DNA from: Escherichia coli | Lineage (GTDB): Bacteria > Pseudomonadota > Gammaproteobacteria > Enterobacterales > Enterobacteriaceae | Direction: 5' to 3' (one strand) | Assembly (NCBI RefSeq): GCF_002854065.1 | Contig: NZ_CP024147.1 | Length of the DNA stretch: 64,000 nucleotides | Notes under the pieces: model-generated | Databases searched by the model: none | Seen by the model: the letters and a program-made list of their open reading frames with translations, nothing else | Told to the model about the DNA's origin: nothing | Part shown: piece by piece, positions 10,622-22,702 of the stretch | Numbering within the stretch: position 1 is the first letter of the stretch | How the letters are laid out: each line of letters opens with the position of its first letter | Position numbers and translations under genes: made by a program

Positions 10622-12322
10622 GTGATTGTTAAACGACCCGTCTCGGCCAGTCTGGCCCGGGCCTTTTTTTACATTGTGCTGCTGTCGATTCTTTCCACGG
10701 GTATCGCTCTGCTAACTCTGGCGAGCAGTTTGCGCGACGCTGAGGCTATCAATATTGCCGGATCGCTGCGTATGCAGAGTTACCGCCTGGGCTACGACTT
10801 GCAAAGTGGCAGTCCACAACTCAATGCACATCGCCAGTTATTTCAGCAGGCACTGCATTCACCGGTATTAACCAACCTCAACGTCTGGTATGTGCCAGAG
10901 GCAGTAAAAACTCGCTATGCGCATCTGAATGCTAACTGGCTGGAGATGAATAATCGTCTCAGCAAGGGCGACTTGCCGTGGTATCAGGCCAATATTAATA
11001 ACTATGTTAATCAGATAGACCTGTTCGTGCTGGCTTTACAGCACTACGCTGAACGCAAAATGCTGCTGGTGGTGGCGATTTCCCTGGCTGGCGGCATCGG
11101 TATTTTCACGCTGGTCTTTTTTACTTTGCGCCGCATACGCCATCAGGTGGTTGCCCCGCTGAATCAGCTGGTTACCGCCAGTCAGCGTATTGAACACGGA
11201 CAGTTCGACTCGCCACCGCTGGATACCAGCCTGCCGAATGAGCTTGGCCTGCTTGCAAAAACCTTTAACCAGATGTCGAGCGAGCTGCATAAATTGTACC
11301 GTTCGCTGGAGGCGTCAGTAGAAGAAAAGACCCGCGATCTCCACGAGGCCAAGCGTCGTCTGGAGGTGTTGTATCAATGTTCGCAGGCGCTGAACACCAG
11401 CCAGATTGATGTGCATTGTTTCCGCCATATTTTGCAGATTGTTCGCGACAATGAAGCGGCTGAATATCTGGAGTTAAATGTCGGTGAAAACTGGCGGATT
11501 AGCGAAGGGCAACCAAACCCGGAATTGCCGATGCAGATTTTACCGGTGACAATGCAAGAGACGGTTTACGGCGAACTGCACTGGCAAAATAGTCACGTTT
11601 CATCATCAGAACCGCTGCTTAACAGCGTTTCGTCGATGCTGGGACGCGGTTTGTACTTTAATCAGGCGCAGAAGCATTTTCAGCAGTTATTGTTGATGGA
11701 AGAACGTGCAACCATCGCCCGCGAATTGCACGACTCGCTGGCTCAGGTACTTTCTTACTTACGTATCCAGTTGACGTTACTTAAGCGTTCGATACCGGAA
11801 GATAACGCCACCGCACAAAGTATCATGGCCGATTTTTCCCAGGCGTTGAATGATGCTTATCGGCAGTTACGCGAGCTGTTGACTACTTTTCGCCTGACGC
11901 TGCAGCAGGCGGATCTCCCCTCCGCGTTGAGGGAAATGCTGGATACGTTACAAAATCAAACCAGCGCCAAACTGACCCTCGACTGCCGTCTGCCAACCCT
12001 GGCACTGGATGCGCAAATGCAGGTGCATTTGTTGCAAATTATTCGCGAAGCGGTGCTGAATGCGATGAAGCACGCCAACGCCAGCGAAATCGCCGTCAGT
12101 TGCGTCACCGCGCCGGACGGCAATCACACGGTTTATATCCGTGATAACGGGATTGGTATCGGTGAACCGAAAGAACCCGAAGGTCATTATGGTCTGAATA
12201 TCATGCGCGAACGCGCGGAACGGCTAGGTGGGACGCTGACTTTTTCACAACCTTCCGGCGGCGGTACGTTAGTGAGTATTAGCTTTCGCTCTGCGGAGGG
12301 TGAGGAAAGTCAGTTAATGTAA
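10622..12322 (+). CDS. narQ: Nitrate/nitrite sensor histidine kinase NarQ
   Basis: ORF-track start is GTG 10607; I recall NarQ beginning MIVKRPVSASLA (GTG 10622, 566 aa); HAMP and histidine kinase regions recognisable. Confidence 0.9.
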   Translation: MIVKRPVSASLARAFFYIVLLSILSTGIALLTLASSLRDAEAINIAGSLRMQSYRLGYDLQSGSPQLNAHRQLFQQALHSPVLTNLNVWYVPEAVKTRYAHLNANWLEMNNRLSKGDLPWYQANINNYVNQIDLFVLALQHYAERKMLLVVAISLAGGIGIFTLVFFTLRRIRHQVVAPLNQLVTASQRIEHGQFDSPPLDTSLPNELGLLAKTFNQMSSELHKLYRSLEASVEEKTRDLHEAKRRLEVLYQCSQALNTSQIDVHCFRHILQIVRDNEAAEYLELNVGENWRISEGQPNPELPMQILPVTMQETVYGELHWQNSHVSSSEPLLNSVSSMLGRGLYFNQAQKHFQQLLLMEERATIARELHDSLAQVLSYLRIQLTLLKRSIPEDNATAQSIMADFSQALNDAYRQLRELLTTFRLTLQQADLPSALREMLDTLQNQTSAKLTLDCRLPTLALDAQMQVHLLQIIREAVLNAMKHANASEIAVSCVTAPDGNHTVYIRDNGIGIGEPKEPEGHYGLNIMRERAERLGGTLTFSQPSGGGTLVSISFRSAEGEESQLM

Positions 12323-12397
12323 TGCCTCCTACTGACCAAAGAATGCTTGCACTTAAGGTTCAGTATAAAAGGGCATGATAATTTACATTAACTCCTT

Positions 12398-12415
12398 TTT
12401 TTCTCCACGATTGGC
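12398..12415 (+). promoter_or_regulatory. BaeR-box-like sequence upstream of acrD
   Basis: tttttctccacgattggc closely matches the BaeR consensus TTTTTCTCCATDATTGGC as I recall it; about 70 bp upstream of acrD start. Confidence 0.55.
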
Positions 12416-12485
12416 TCGTACCTTGCCGCTACAGTGAAGCAAGTCAAGCCTACAACGATACGCAGAAACACGAGGTCCTCTTTTA

Positions 12486-15400
12486 ATGGCGAATTTCTTT
12501 ATTGATCGCCCCATTTTTGCCTGGGTGCTGGCAATCCTGTTGTGTCTGACAGGTACCCTGGCGATTTTTTCATTGCCCGTTGAACAATACCCCGATCTCG
12601 CGCCACCGAATGTGCGAGTGACCGCTAACTATCCCGGCGCATCGGCCCAGACGCTGGAAAACACCGTGACCCAGGTTATCGAGCAAAATATGACTGGCCT
12701 CGATAATCTCATGTATATGTCATCTCAGAGCAGTGGCACCGGTCAGGCATCTGTCACTTTAAGTTTTAAAGCAGGCACCGATCCGGACGAAGCCGTGCAG
12801 CAAGTACAAAACCAGCTGCAATCAGCCATGCGAAAGTTACCGCAGGCGGTGCAAAATCAGGGCGTGACGGTGCGTAAAACCGGCGATACCAACATTCTGA
12901 CCATTGCCTTCGTCTCTACCGATGGTTCGATGGATAAACAGGATATTGCTGATTATGTTGCCAGTAATATTCAGGACCCGTTAAGCCGCGTGAATGGCGT
13001 CGGGGATATCGATGCCTATGGTTCGCAATATTCCATGCGTATCTGGCTGGACCCGGCGAAACTCAACAGTTTCCAGATGACGGCTAAAGATGTCACTGAT
13101 GCCATTGAGTCACAGAACGCGCAGATTGCGGTTGGGCAACTTGGGGGTACACCTTCCGTCGATAAGCAGGCGCTCAACGCCACCATTAACGCCCAGTCAC
13201 TGCTGCAAACACCAGAACAGTTCCGCGATATCACCTTGCGGGTGAATCAGGACGGCTCAGAGGTAAGGCTGGGCGATGTCGCCACCGTCGAAATGGGGGC
13301 GGAGAAATACGATTATCTTAGCCGCTTCAATGGTAAGCCAGCCTCCGGGCTGGGGGTAAAACTGGCCTCCGGCGCTAACGAAATGGCGACAGCGGAGCTG
13401 GTGCTCAATCGTCTCGACGAGCTGGCGCAGTATTTCCCGCATGGACTGGAATACAAGGTGGCGTATGAAACCACCTCGTTTGTTAAAGCCTCCATTGAAG
13501 ACGTGGTGAAAACGCTGCTGGAAGCTATCGCTCTGGTTTTCCTCGTTATGTATCTGTTCCTGCAAAACTTCCGCGCCACGCTGATACCCACTATCGCCGT
13601 GCCGGTGGTGTTGATGGGAACCTTCTCCGTACTTTACGCCTTCGGTTACAGCGTCAACACCTTAACCATGTTCGCGATGGTGCTGGCGATCGGTCTGCTG
13701 GTGGATGACGCCATCGTGGTGGTGGAAAACGTCGAACGTATTATGAGTGAGGAAGGACTCACTCCTCGCGAAGCCACACGTAAATCGATGGGGCAGATCC
13801 AGGGGGCACTGGTCGGGATTGCGATGGTGCTTTCGGCGGTATTTGTACCAATGGCCTTCTTCGGCGGCACCACCGGTGCCATCTATCGCCAGTTCTCTAT
13901 TACCATTGTTGCGGCGATGGTGCTGTCAGTACTGGTAGCGATGATCCTCACTCCGGCTCTGTGTGCCACACTACTTAAGCCACTGAAAAAAGGTGAGCAT
14001 CACGGGCAAAAAGGCTTTTTTGCCTGGTTTAACCAGATGTTTAACCGCAACGCCGAACGCTTCGAAAAAGGGGTGGCGAAAATTCTCCACCGCAGCCTGC
14101 GCTGGATTGTGATTTATGTCCTGCTGCTTGGCGGCATGGTGTTCCTGTTCCTGCGTTTGCCGACGTCGTTCTTACCGCTGGAAGACCGTGGCATGTTTAC
14201 TACCTCGGTACAATTGCCCAGCGGTTCAACCCAACAACAGACCCTGAAAGTCGTTGAGCAAATCGAGAAATATTACTTCACCCATGAAAAAGACAACATC
14301 ATGTCGGTGTTTGCCACTGTTGGTTCTGGCCCTGGGGGTAACGGGCAAAACGTGGCGCGAATGTTTATCCGCCTGAAAGACTGGAGCGAACGCGACAGTA
14401 AGACCGGCACCTCATTTGCCATTATCGAGCGTGCAACGAAGGCGTTTAACAAGATTAAAGAAGCTCGCGTTATCGCCAGCAGCCCGCCAGCAATTAGCGG
14501 TCTTGGTAGTTCTGCGGGTTTTGATATGGAGTTGCAGGACCACGCTGGAGCAGGTCACGATGCGCTGATGGCAGCACGTAACCAGTTGCTGGCGCTGGCG
14601 GCGGAAAACCCGGAGCTAACCCGTGTGCGCCATAACGGCCTCGACGACAGTCCGCAGTTGCAGATTGATATCGACCAGCGTAAAGCTCAGGCGCTGGGCG
14701 TTGCTATCGACGATATTAACGACACACTGCAAACCGCCTGGGGTTCGAGCTATGTGAATGACTTTATGGATCGCGGTCGCGTGAAGAAAGTCTATGTGCA
14801 GGCAGCTGCGCCGTATCGCATGCTGCCAGATGACATCAATCTCTGGTATGTCCGAAATAAAGATGGCGGCATGGTGCCCTTCTCTGCTTTCGCGACCTCA
14901 CGCTGGGAGACAGGCTCGCCGCGTCTGGAACGCTATAACGGTTATTCTGCGGTTGAAATTGTTGGGGAAGCCGCACCGGGGGTCAGTACCGGTACGGCGA
15001 TGGATATTATGGAATCGTTAGTGAAGCAGCTGCCAAACGGCTTTGGTCTGGAGTGGACGGCGATGTCGTATCAGGAGCGGCTTTCCGGCGCGCAGGCTCC
15101 GGCGCTGTACGCCATTTCCTTGCTGGTGGTATTCCTGTGTCTGGCTGCATTGTATGAAAGCTGGTCGGTACCGTTCTCGGTAATGCTGGTCGTGCCGCTG
15201 GGGGTAATCGGCGCGCTGCTGGCAACCTGGATGCGCGGGCTGGAAAACGACGTTTACTTCCAGGTGGGCCTGTTAACGGTCATTGGTTTATCGGCGAAAA
15301 ACGCCATCCTGATCGTCGAGTTTGCTAACGAGATGAACCAAAAAGGCCACGACCTGTTTGAAGCAACGCTCCACGCCTGCCGTCAGCGTTTACGCCCGAT

Positions 15401-15599
15401 TCTGATGACCTCGCTGGCATTTATCTTCGGCGTATTGCCAATGGCAACCAGCACGGGTGCCGGTTCCGGTGGTCAGCATGCGGTGGGTACTGGCGTAATG
15501 GGCGGGATGATTTCAGCTACTATTCTGGCTATTTACTTCGTGCCGCTGTTCTTTGTGCTGGTGCGCCGCCGCTTCCCGCTGAAGCCGCGCCCGGAATAA
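12486..15599 (+). CDS. acrD: RND-family aminoglycoside efflux pump AcrD
   Basis: 1037-aa [26 protein letters not shown]...; RND transporter; length and neighbours match AcrD. Confidence 0.95.
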   Translation: MANFFIDRPIFAWVLAILLCLTGTLAIFSLPVEQYPDLAPPNVRVTANYPGASAQTLENTVTQVIEQNMTGLDNLMYMSSQSSGTGQASVTLSFKAGTDPDEAVQQVQNQLQSAMRKLPQAVQNQGVTVRKTGDTNILTIAFVSTDGSMDKQDIADYVASNIQDPLSRVNGVGDIDAYGSQYSMRIWLDPAKLNSFQMTAKDVTDAIESQNAQIAVGQLGGTPSVDKQALNATINAQSLLQTPEQFRDITLRVNQDGSEVRLGDVATVEMGAEKYDYLSRFNGKPASGLGVKLASGANEMATAELVLNRLDELAQYFPHGLEYKVAYETTSFVKASIEDVVKTLLEAIALVFLVMYLFLQNFRATLIPTIAVPVVLMGTFSVLYAFGYSVNTLTMFAMVLAIGLLVDDAIVVVENVERIMSEEGLTPREATRKSMGQIQGALVGIAMVLSAVFVPMAFFGGTTGAIYRQFSITIVAAMVLSVLVAMILTPALCATLLKPLKKGEHHGQKGFFAWFNQMFNRNAERFEKGVAKILHRSLRWIVIYVLLLGGMVFLFLRLPTSFLPLEDRGMFTTSVQLPSGSTQQQTLKVVEQIEKYYFTHEKDNIMSVFATVGSGPGGNGQNVARMFIRLKDWSERDSKTGTSFAIIERATKAFNKIKEARVIASSPPAISGLGSSAGFDMELQDHAGAGHDALMAARNQLLALAAENPELTRVRHNGLDDSPQLQIDIDQRKAQALGVAIDDINDTLQTAWGSSYVNDFMDRGRVKKVYVQAAAPYRMLPDDINLWYVRNKDGGMVPFSAFATSRWETGSPRLERYNGYSAVEIVGEAAPGVSTGTAMDIMESLVKQLPNGFGLEWTAMSYQERLSGAQAPALYAISLLVVFLCLAALYESWSVPFSVMLVVPLGVIGALLATWMRGLENDVYFQVGLLTVIGLSAKNAILIVEFANEMNQKGHDLFEATLHACRQRLRPILMTSLAFIFGVLPMATSTGAGSGGQHAVGTGVMGGMISATILAIYFVPLFFVLVRRRFPLKPRPE

Positions 15600-15610
15600 G
15601 CAATAAAAAA

Positions 15611-15637
15611 GGCGACATGCTAATGTGTCGCCTTTTT
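15611..15637 (+). terminator. Rho-independent terminator after acrD
   Basis: GC stem ggcgac...gtcgcc followed by ttttt immediately after acrD stop. Confidence 0.7.
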
Positions 15638-15707
15638 CAACTTTTTTCAACTTTCCGATTAAGAACCTGCTCAGCGGGTTCTTGCTGTTTGTACTTTGTC
15701 TCAGGAA

Positions 15708-15767
15708 TTACTTACGAAGCATAACTTCGATAAAGTCTTTCCAGTTCCCCAGTTCACGTTCAATCAT
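15708..15767 (-). CDS. ypfM: Very small protein YpfM (19 aa)
   Basis: Minus strand atgattgaacgtgaactggggaactggaaagactttatcgaagttatgcttcgtaagtaa translates MIERELGNWKDFIEVMLRK; strong SD (agagagg) upstream; below ORF-track size cutoff. Confidence 0.75.
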   Translation of the reverse strand: MIERELGNWKDFIEVMLRK

Positions 15768-16129
15768 AACAACCTCTCTTATAATTATGGGTATTCTACG
15801 GAAACAATATACCGTGGTGAAGCTAATTTACTCGATTGCTGCGATGACTACCTCCGGGGGACAAACCTTATGTAAATACTATGGTCCTGCGGTGATGATT
15901 TGTATGTGATACACAGCAACATTTCGAGATATTCATACGGCATCTAATACTGATTTAATTCTGGTTAAAATACAGACAGATAACAAGATGAATATTCTTA
16001 ATGTTTACGTTAAAAATGTTTAATATTATTTAATAGTTGTTAATTTGAATACTTCGATAATGTTATATTTCCTGATAATCATTTGCAGGCAAAATGTTTT
16101 CACTCTTAAATGAGTATTTATTCTCATAA

Positions 16130-16504
<375 letters not shown>

Positions 16505-16507
16505 TCT

Positions 16508-17635
16508 ATGTCGTGCCCGGTTATTGAGCTGACACAACAGCTTATTCGCCGCCCTTCCCTGAGTCCTGATGACGCAGGATGCCAGGCTTTGTTGATTGAA
16601 CGTTTGCAGGCGATCGGTTTTACCGTTGAACGCATGGATTTTGCCGATACGCAGAATTTTTGGGCATGGCGTGGGCAAGGTGAAACATTGGCCTTTGCCG
16701 GGCATACCGACGTGGTGCCGCCTGGCGACGCCGATCGTTGGATCAATCCGCCGTTTGAACCAACCATTCGTGACGGCATGTTATTCGGGCGCGGTGCGGC
16801 AGATATGAAAGGCTCGCTGGCGGCGATGGTGGTAGCTGCAGAACGTTTTGTCGCACAACATCCCAACCATACGGGGCGACTGGCATTTCTGATCACCTCT
16901 GATGAAGAAGCCAGTGCCCACAACGGTACGGTAAAAGTCGTCGAAGCGTTAATGGCACGTAATGAGCGTCTCGATTACTGCCTGGTCGGCGAACCGTCGA
17001 GTATCGAAGTGGTAGGTGATGTGGTGAAAAATGGTCGTCGTGGATCGTTAACCTGCAACCTAACCATTCATGGCGTTCAGGGGCATGTTGCCTACCCACA
17101 TCTGGCTGACAATCCGGTACATCGCGCAGCACCTTTCCTTAATGAATTAGTGGCTATTGAGTGGGATCAAGGCAATGAATTCTTCCCGGCGACCAGTATG
17201 CAGATTGCCAATATTCAGGCGGGAACGGGCAGTAACAACGTTATTCCGGGTGAACTGTTTGTGCAGTTTAACTTCCGCTTCAGCACCGAACTGACTGATG
17301 AGATGATCAAAGCGCAGGTGCTTGCCCTGCTTGAAAAACATCAACTGCGCTATACGGTGGATTGGTGGCTTTCCGGGCAGCCATTTTTGACCGCGCGCGG
17401 TAAACTGGTGGATGCGGTCGTTAACGCGGTTGAGCACTATAATGAAATTAAACCGCAGCTACTGACCACAGGCGGAACGTCCGACGGGCGCTTTATTGCT
17501 CGCATGGGGGCGCAGGTGGTGGAACTCGGGCCGGTCAATGCCACTATTCATAAAATTAATGAATGTGTGAACGCTGCCGACCTGCAGCTACTTGCCCGTA
17601 TGTATCAACGTATCATGGAACAGCTCGTCGCGTGA
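16508..17635 (+). CDS. dapE: Succinyl-diaminopimelate desuccinylase
   Basis: 375-aa ORF; M20 peptidase family motifs ([17 protein letters not shown]). Confidence 0.95.
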
Positions 17636-17662
17636 TGAGTGGTTCTGCAAGAGGAAATAAGC

Positions 17663-17863
17663 ATGGACTGGCTGGCTAAATATTGGTGGATTCTGGTGAT
17701 TGTCTTTTTGGTAGGCGTCCTGCTGAACGTGATTAAAGATCTCAAGCGCGTCGACCATAAGAAATTTCTCGCCAACAAGCCGGAGCTTCCCCCGCATCGT
17801 GATTTCAACGATAAGTGGGACGATGACGACGACTGGCCGAAAAAGGATCAACCGAAGAAGTAA
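17663..17863 (+). CDS. ypfN: Small membrane protein YpfN
   Basis: Start set at [19 protein letters not shown] (66 aa); ORF track starts 8 codons upstream. Confidence 0.85.
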
Positions 17864-17870
17864 GCTGAGT

Positions 17871-17902
17871 GGCCGGATAAGGCGTTCACGCCGCATCCGG
17901 CC
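17871..17902. repeat. REP element
   Basis: ggccggataaggcgttcacgccgcatccggcc, canonical REP palindrome. Confidence 0.85.
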
Positions 17903-17943
17903 ATGATGTCTGATACGGTCTTATCAGCCCTACCCGGCTATTA

Positions 17944-18642
17944 TTACATCATTTCAATCACATCATCATCGCCAGGCTTACCGCCACTTAGCGCTTCGTC
18001 GAAATAATGTTTCGGAATGGTATAACGCAAGTGATCCAGGGCAAATTGCATACTGCGATTGTCGATCGCATGGCCTAAATCCTCCACGATATCCAGCGTC
18101 ACGTCACCACCAGCACTGATTAATGCTTCCTGCGCCGCAACCGCATGCGCCAGATCGATAACCGGATCTTCACCACCATGAATCAAGTGAATTGTCGTGG
18201 CTGTAGACGCGGTTTCCGGCAGGCTCGCATAGCGTCCGTTAAAGGCAATGACGCGCGAAGCAAGGCCCGGTTCGGCTTTAATGCTCTCCAGCGCCATAAT
18301 CGCGCCTTGTGAGAAACCAATTAGCGCCGTGGCGTTAGCCCCTACTCCACTCTGTTTCTGCCAGTAGCGTACCGTTTCAATAAACGTCGGCATGATCGCA
18401 TCCACACGCGCCTGGCGATTATCTTCCGTAATACCCTGCACCGAAAACCACTGACGCCCCGCCGGATTACCGCTCGGCTCCGCGCCTCCGACACTCACCA
18501 CCAGCGCATCCGGGAACAACGGTGCAAACCAACTGCCAATCTCCCCCATCGCTACCGGGTTATCACCGACGCCGTGAAAAAGCAGCAATAACTGTTGCGC
18601 AGGTTTATCCGGGCTTTGAACAACAAAATGGTCATGTTTCAT
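17944..18642 (-). CDS. ypfH: Putative esterase / alpha-beta hydrolase YpfH
   Basis: Start set at MKHDHFVVQSPDKP (232 aa); GFSQG serine-hydrolase motif. Confidence 0.88.
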   Translation of the reverse strand: MKHDHFVVQSPDKPAQQLLLLFHGVGDNPVAMGEIGSWFAPLFPDALVVSVGGAEPSGNPAGRQWFSVQGITEDNRQARVDAIMPTFIETVRYWQKQSGVGANATALIGFSQGAIMALESIKAEPGLASRVIAFNGRYASLPETASTATTIHLIHGGEDPVIDLAHAVAAQEALISAGGDVTLDIVEDLGHAIDNRSMQFALDHLRYTIPKHYFDEALSGGKPGDDDVIEMM

Positions 18643-18715
18643 GGCGAACTCCTTAACTGATGTCATTAATTTTACGCCGCTGACTCACAATGACCATGGG
18701 AGAAAATTGAAGGAG

Positions 18716-20731
18716 TCAGTGAAAAAATTGCCATTGCGTTATGCGATCGCGCAGACGCTCAGTGCGAACATCATTAAGTGCGAACAGCGCCTGCGCGGCC
18801 TCTTCCCGCTGACGGACCAGTAACATCTTGCGGCCTGAAAGTTTAAGTGTGGTACATAACTGCGCGTCGCTGACGTTTTTCTGTAAACGCCCACGCAGCG
18901 CCGGTAATGCCAGTTCACTGGTTTGTAGCAGACGCAATAAGCAACCTAACGATGTTAATAGCGGACGATGAGCGAAAGCAAAACCGGCCAGCTCAAGCCA
19001 GTCGTCGTCAGAAAGCACGATATCGTTTAGTGGATCAACAGGAAGCATTTCGCCATTCCACTGCGCGAGAGCTTGCGCATCGCGACGTAAACGGAAATGC
19101 TCACGTTCAGCCAGCTGTTTACCCGCATCACTCATCGGTAACAGCGCCATCGCCGTATAGCAACCGCTGCTGGCTTCACGATGATTACCCATTCGCACCA
19201 GCACAAAACCGCAGCGTTGCCAGAAACGCCATAACTCCCCGGTGTAACCAAAACTCACCGAAAGATAGTCGAGGCCAGGCCTATATTGCAAAGCGCTGGC
19301 AATGAGCTGTTGCCCAACGCCTTCGCGCTGACGCGCCGGATGAACTGCTATCCGGCTGACCCGCCGTCCACGCAATGTCGCCGCCAGTGGATTGCTGCCG
19401 TGCGCCGCCAGCGACTGGGCCACCAGATTACCCCGCGGGCGACGAAAACCTGCCCATACCGCCTGACTGAGTTCTTGAGATAATCCACCCTCATCCACCA
19501 GCCACAGCGCTCCGGCAATCTCGTTTTCGCCAGCCGCCTGTAAAAAATGTTGCCCTGGTGCATCCATCATGCGGCGTAAATCCAGTGGCGAAGTCCGGTA
19601 GTGCGCACCAGACAATAACTGATAAACCTTTAACGGCGTTTCTGGCTCGATTCGCCATAACGTCTGTTCAAATGCGGAAATGACAATATTGCCTTGTGGT
19701 GTATGGGTGAAGTTTTCATCGTCAAAAACCAGTGCATTACTAACCATTTTTTCCAGCGGGCATCCCTGTGCCCAGCGGATCGGCTGTTGCAGTTCAAAAC
19801 GGTGTAAATGCGGAAAGCGAGCGCAAAATTTCAGCAAAAAACCACGTCCGGTGCCTTCGTAGCCCTGCACCGTAGTGGTTAACAACGTTCGAGGAAAACG
19901 CGATACCAGTTGATGCAACAACGGCGCAGGTATGGCTGCGGCTTCGTCGACCACCAGCCAGTCGGCTTGCTCATCGCTGGCTAACAAGGCATCCGGCGCA
20001 ATAAAGCGAAACTTCTCGCCCGCAAATTGTGCCAGTACATCCGTTGCCGCTTTTGCGGGCGCAGTGACAATCGCACTACCCGCAATACGAGAAATGAGTT
20101 GCCCTGCCAGCGCCGATTTACCGCGCCCACGCGCAGCAGTTACCGCTGCCACGCCCGACGGCATGGTCAGTAGCTGCTGTAAGATTTGCTGTTGTTCTGG
20201 TTGTGGTGCGCCGGTCGCGGGGTGCCAGTCAGTACGGGGAGTAAAATGCGCCAACGAGAACGGCTGGTTTTGCCGCCAGAGGATAGCGTCGTTATCCGCC
20301 GTAAGTACGCGTTTGAAATGCTGGACAAAATGCGGCGTCGCAATAGGGTCAGGGCAATCACTCCAGCGCAGCGAGTCGGCATCAGGTTGGTTTTCCCACT
20401 CTTCCCATACAGGGAGTAACAAAACCAGCCAGCTTCCCGCTTTCAACGTTCCGCTAAGTGCGGCAAAGGCAGCGGCATCAAAGCCGTGGCGGGCGTCGAA
20501 TACCGCATGCCGGAACTCGCGCCCAAGTAAAGTTTGTAGTGCCGAGGGAGAACAGTGGTTTTCAGCATCTGGCTGCGGCGAAATCCACAGCCAGTCGCCA
20601 GGTAAGGCATCACGTAACTTAAGCGCATGATCAAAACACCAACCCTCTTCCCCGCTCAACACCAGCAAGCGGCGGATCCCTTCACGTTTCATTTGCGCTG
20701 TTAATGTGTGAAGCGCAGTCAGTTCAGCCAT
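18716..20731 (-). CDS. tmcA: tRNA(Met) cytidine acetyltransferase TmcA
   Basis: 671-aa ORF MAELTALHTLTAQMKREGIRRLLVLSGE...; helicase-like ATPase (ARGRGKSA) plus GNAT domain. Confidence 0.92.
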   Translation of the reverse strand: MAELTALHTLTAQMKREGIRRLLVLSGEEGWCFDHALKLRDALPGDWLWISPQPDAENHCSPSALQTLLGREFRHAVFDARHGFDAAAFAALSGTLKAGSWLVLLLPVWEEWENQPDADSLRWSDCPDPIATPHFVQHFKRVLTADNDAILWRQNQPFSLAHFTPRTDWHPATGAPQPEQQQILQQLLTMPSGVAAVTAARGRGKSALAGQLISRIAGSAIVTAPAKAATDVLAQFAGEKFRFIAPDALLASDEQADWLVVDEAAAIPAPLLHQLVSRFPRTLLTTTVQGYEGTGRGFLLKFCARFPHLHRFELQQPIRWAQGCPLEKMVSNALVFDDENFTHTPQGNIVISAFEQTLWRIEPETPLKVYQLLSGAHYRTSPLDLRRMMDAPGQHFLQAAGENEIAGALWLVDEGGLSQELSQAVWAGFRRPRGNLVAQSLAAHGSNPLAATLRGRRVSRIAVHPARQREGVGQQLIASALQYRPGLDYLSVSFGYTGELWRFWQRCGFVLVRMGNHREASSGCYTAMALLPMSDAGKQLAEREHFRLRRDAQALAQWNGEMLPVDPLNDIVLSDDDWLELAGFAFAHRPLLTSLGCLLRLLQTSELALPALRGRLQKNVSDAQLCTTLKLSGRKMLLVRQREEAAQALFALNDVRTERLRDRITQWQFFH

Positions 20732-20745
20732 CCCTGCCCCGGAAG

Positions 20746-21609
20746 TTAAATGCTTTTACCAAAAGTATTGCATTGTGCCGGATCGCCGCTGTCGAAACCA
20801 CGTTTAAACCAGCTGTAGCGTTGCTGAGAAGTGCCATGAGTGAAACTGTCTGGTACTACTCGCCCCTGACTTTGCTGTTGTAAACGGTCATCGCCGATGG
20901 CCTGCGCCGCGTTCAGCGCCTCTTCCAGATCGCCGGTTTCCAGAACGCCTTGCTGCTGCATACTATGCCCCCAGACACCGGCAAAACAGTCGGCCTGGAG
21001 TTCCATACGCACAGATAAGCGGTTCACTTCCGCCTGCGTCGCGTTTTGTTGCAGTTGACGAACTTTCGGCTCGATGCCTAACAGTTTCTGCACATGATGA
21101 CCGACTTCATGGGCGATAACGTACCCCTGGGCAAAATCGCCATCCGCGCCAAGTTTGTCTTTCATGTCATCATAGAAGGAGAGATCGATATAAACCGTGC
21201 CATCCGCCGGGCAATAGAACGGCCCCATTATGGACTGGCCCGCCCCGCATCCGGTACGCGTCATTCCACGGTACATGACCAGCTTCGGTTGCTGATAGGT
21301 CTTACCCATCTTCTCGAACTGTTGTCCCCAGGTGTCTTCCGTGGTTGCCAGAATCACCGAGGTGAATTTTGCGGCTTCGTCTTCATTTGGGCTAATTGAC
21401 CGCGTTGATTGCAGTTGAGAAACCGGCTGCCCGGTCATCAACCCGGTTAAATCAACGCCATAGTAGCCTGCAACCAGCACGACTATCAGTAAAATCAGCC
21501 CGCCTTTACCGCTCGGCAGACGGAAACCGGGACCGCCCATTGACGGACCGCCGGAGCTATTGCGCCTGTCTTCAACATTGTCACTTTCACGTCGCCCTTG
21601 CCAACGCAT
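20746..21609 (-). CDS. ypfJ: Putative membrane-anchored zinc metallopeptidase YpfJ
   Basis: 287-aa ORF; HExxH motif ([10 protein letters not shown]); N-terminal transmembrane segment. Confidence 0.88.
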   Translation of the reverse strand: MRWQGRRESDNVEDRRNSSGGPSMGGPGFRLPSGKGGLILLIVVLVAGYYGVDLTGLMTGQPVSQLQSTRSISPNEDEAAKFTSVILATTEDTWGQQFEKMGKTYQQPKLVMYRGMTRTGCGAGQSIMGPFYCPADGTVYIDLSFYDDMKDKLGADGDFAQGYVIAHEVGHHVQKLLGIEPKVRQLQQNATQAEVNRLSVRMELQADCFAGVWGHSMQQQGVLETGDLEEALNAAQAIGDDRLQQQSQGRVVPDSFTHGTSQQRYSWFKRGFDSGDPAQCNTFGKSI

Positions 21610-21776
21610 AGATACCTCAACAATATATTCATTATAGAAATGATCGTAGGTGGTTCAGAGGAAGATTACCACAGGAAAACGGGATGAAATGGCGGAGGAA
21701 TGAGCGTTCAATGCACATCTTACGAGAATGGTTGTCTTGCCGTGCTAGCAGCACGGCAAGATGATGAACAGAAAAA

Positions 21777-22490
21777 TCAGTCCAGCTGTACACCCAGGCG
21801 GCGGGCGACGGCTTCATAGGCCTCGATCAGGCCACCGAGGCTCTGGCGGAAACGGTCTTTGTCCATTTTCTCCAGCGTTTCTTTGTCCCACAGGCGGCTA
21901 CCGTCCGGGGAGAACTCATCACCCAGTACCACTTCGCCTTTGTACAGACCAAATTCCAGCTTGAAGTCGACCAGAATCAGACCAGCATCATCGAACAGTT
22001 TTTTCAGCACGTCGTTCGCTTTGTAGGTCAGCTCTTTCATACGCGCCAGGTTCTCTTTGCTCACCCAGCCAAAGGTTTCGCAGTAAGATTCGTTGACCAT
22101 CGGATCGTGCATGGCGTCGTTTTTCAGGAACAGATCGAACAGCGGCGGGTTCAGCTCAATACCTTCTTCGATTCCAAGACGTTTCACCAGAGAGCCCGCA
22201 GCACGGTTACGCACGACACACTCAACCGGTACCATATCCAGCTTTTTCACCAGACATTCGGTATCAGAGAGCAGACGCTCCATTTGAGTCGGGATACCCG
22301 CTTCAGCCAGTTTGCTCATAATGAAGTAGTTGAACTTGTTGTTCACCATACCTTTGCGATCAAACTGCTCAATGCGCGCGCCATCCCCTGCTGACGTATC
22401 ATTGCGGAATTCGAGCACCAACAGGTCCGGGTTTTCCGTGCTGTATACGGTTTTCGCTTTACCACGATACAACTCAGCTTGCTTTTGCAT
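21777..22490 (-). CDS. purC: SAICAR synthetase
   Basis: Start set at [24 protein letters not shown] (237 aa). Confidence 0.95.
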
Positions 22491-22542
22491 CTTTATCACT
22501 CCTGGGTGTGAATTAACGTTTTAAAATCTTTTGCTGTCTGGT

Positions 22543-22596
<54 letters not shown>

Positions 22597-22643
22597 CAAA
22601 CAAATTTCGTGCGAATTACCGCTAAAATCGCGTTTTCCTGCCG

Positions 22644-22659
22644 ACGCACACGTTTGCGT
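22644..22659. promoter_or_regulatory. PurR-box-like palindrome upstream of purC
   Basis: acgcacacgtttgcgt, one mismatch from a perfect 16-bp pur-box-type palindrome; about 155 bp upstream of purC start. Confidence 0.45.
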
Positions 22660-22702
22660 ATCATATCAGAAAAAAGGGCCGGATGATTCCAGCCCTGTAT
22701 TT

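Noticed and set aside
15625-15909. 94-aa plus-strand ORF in the acrD-yffB intergenic region
   Set aside because: Begins inside the acrD terminator, overlaps ypfM on the opposite strand, no SD, low-complexity hydrophobic translation; ypfM is the better-supported gene here.
19932-20630. 232-aa plus-strand ORF antisense to tmcA
   Set aside because: Shadow ORF in a GC-rich gene; Ala/Ser/Cys-rich low-complexity translation.
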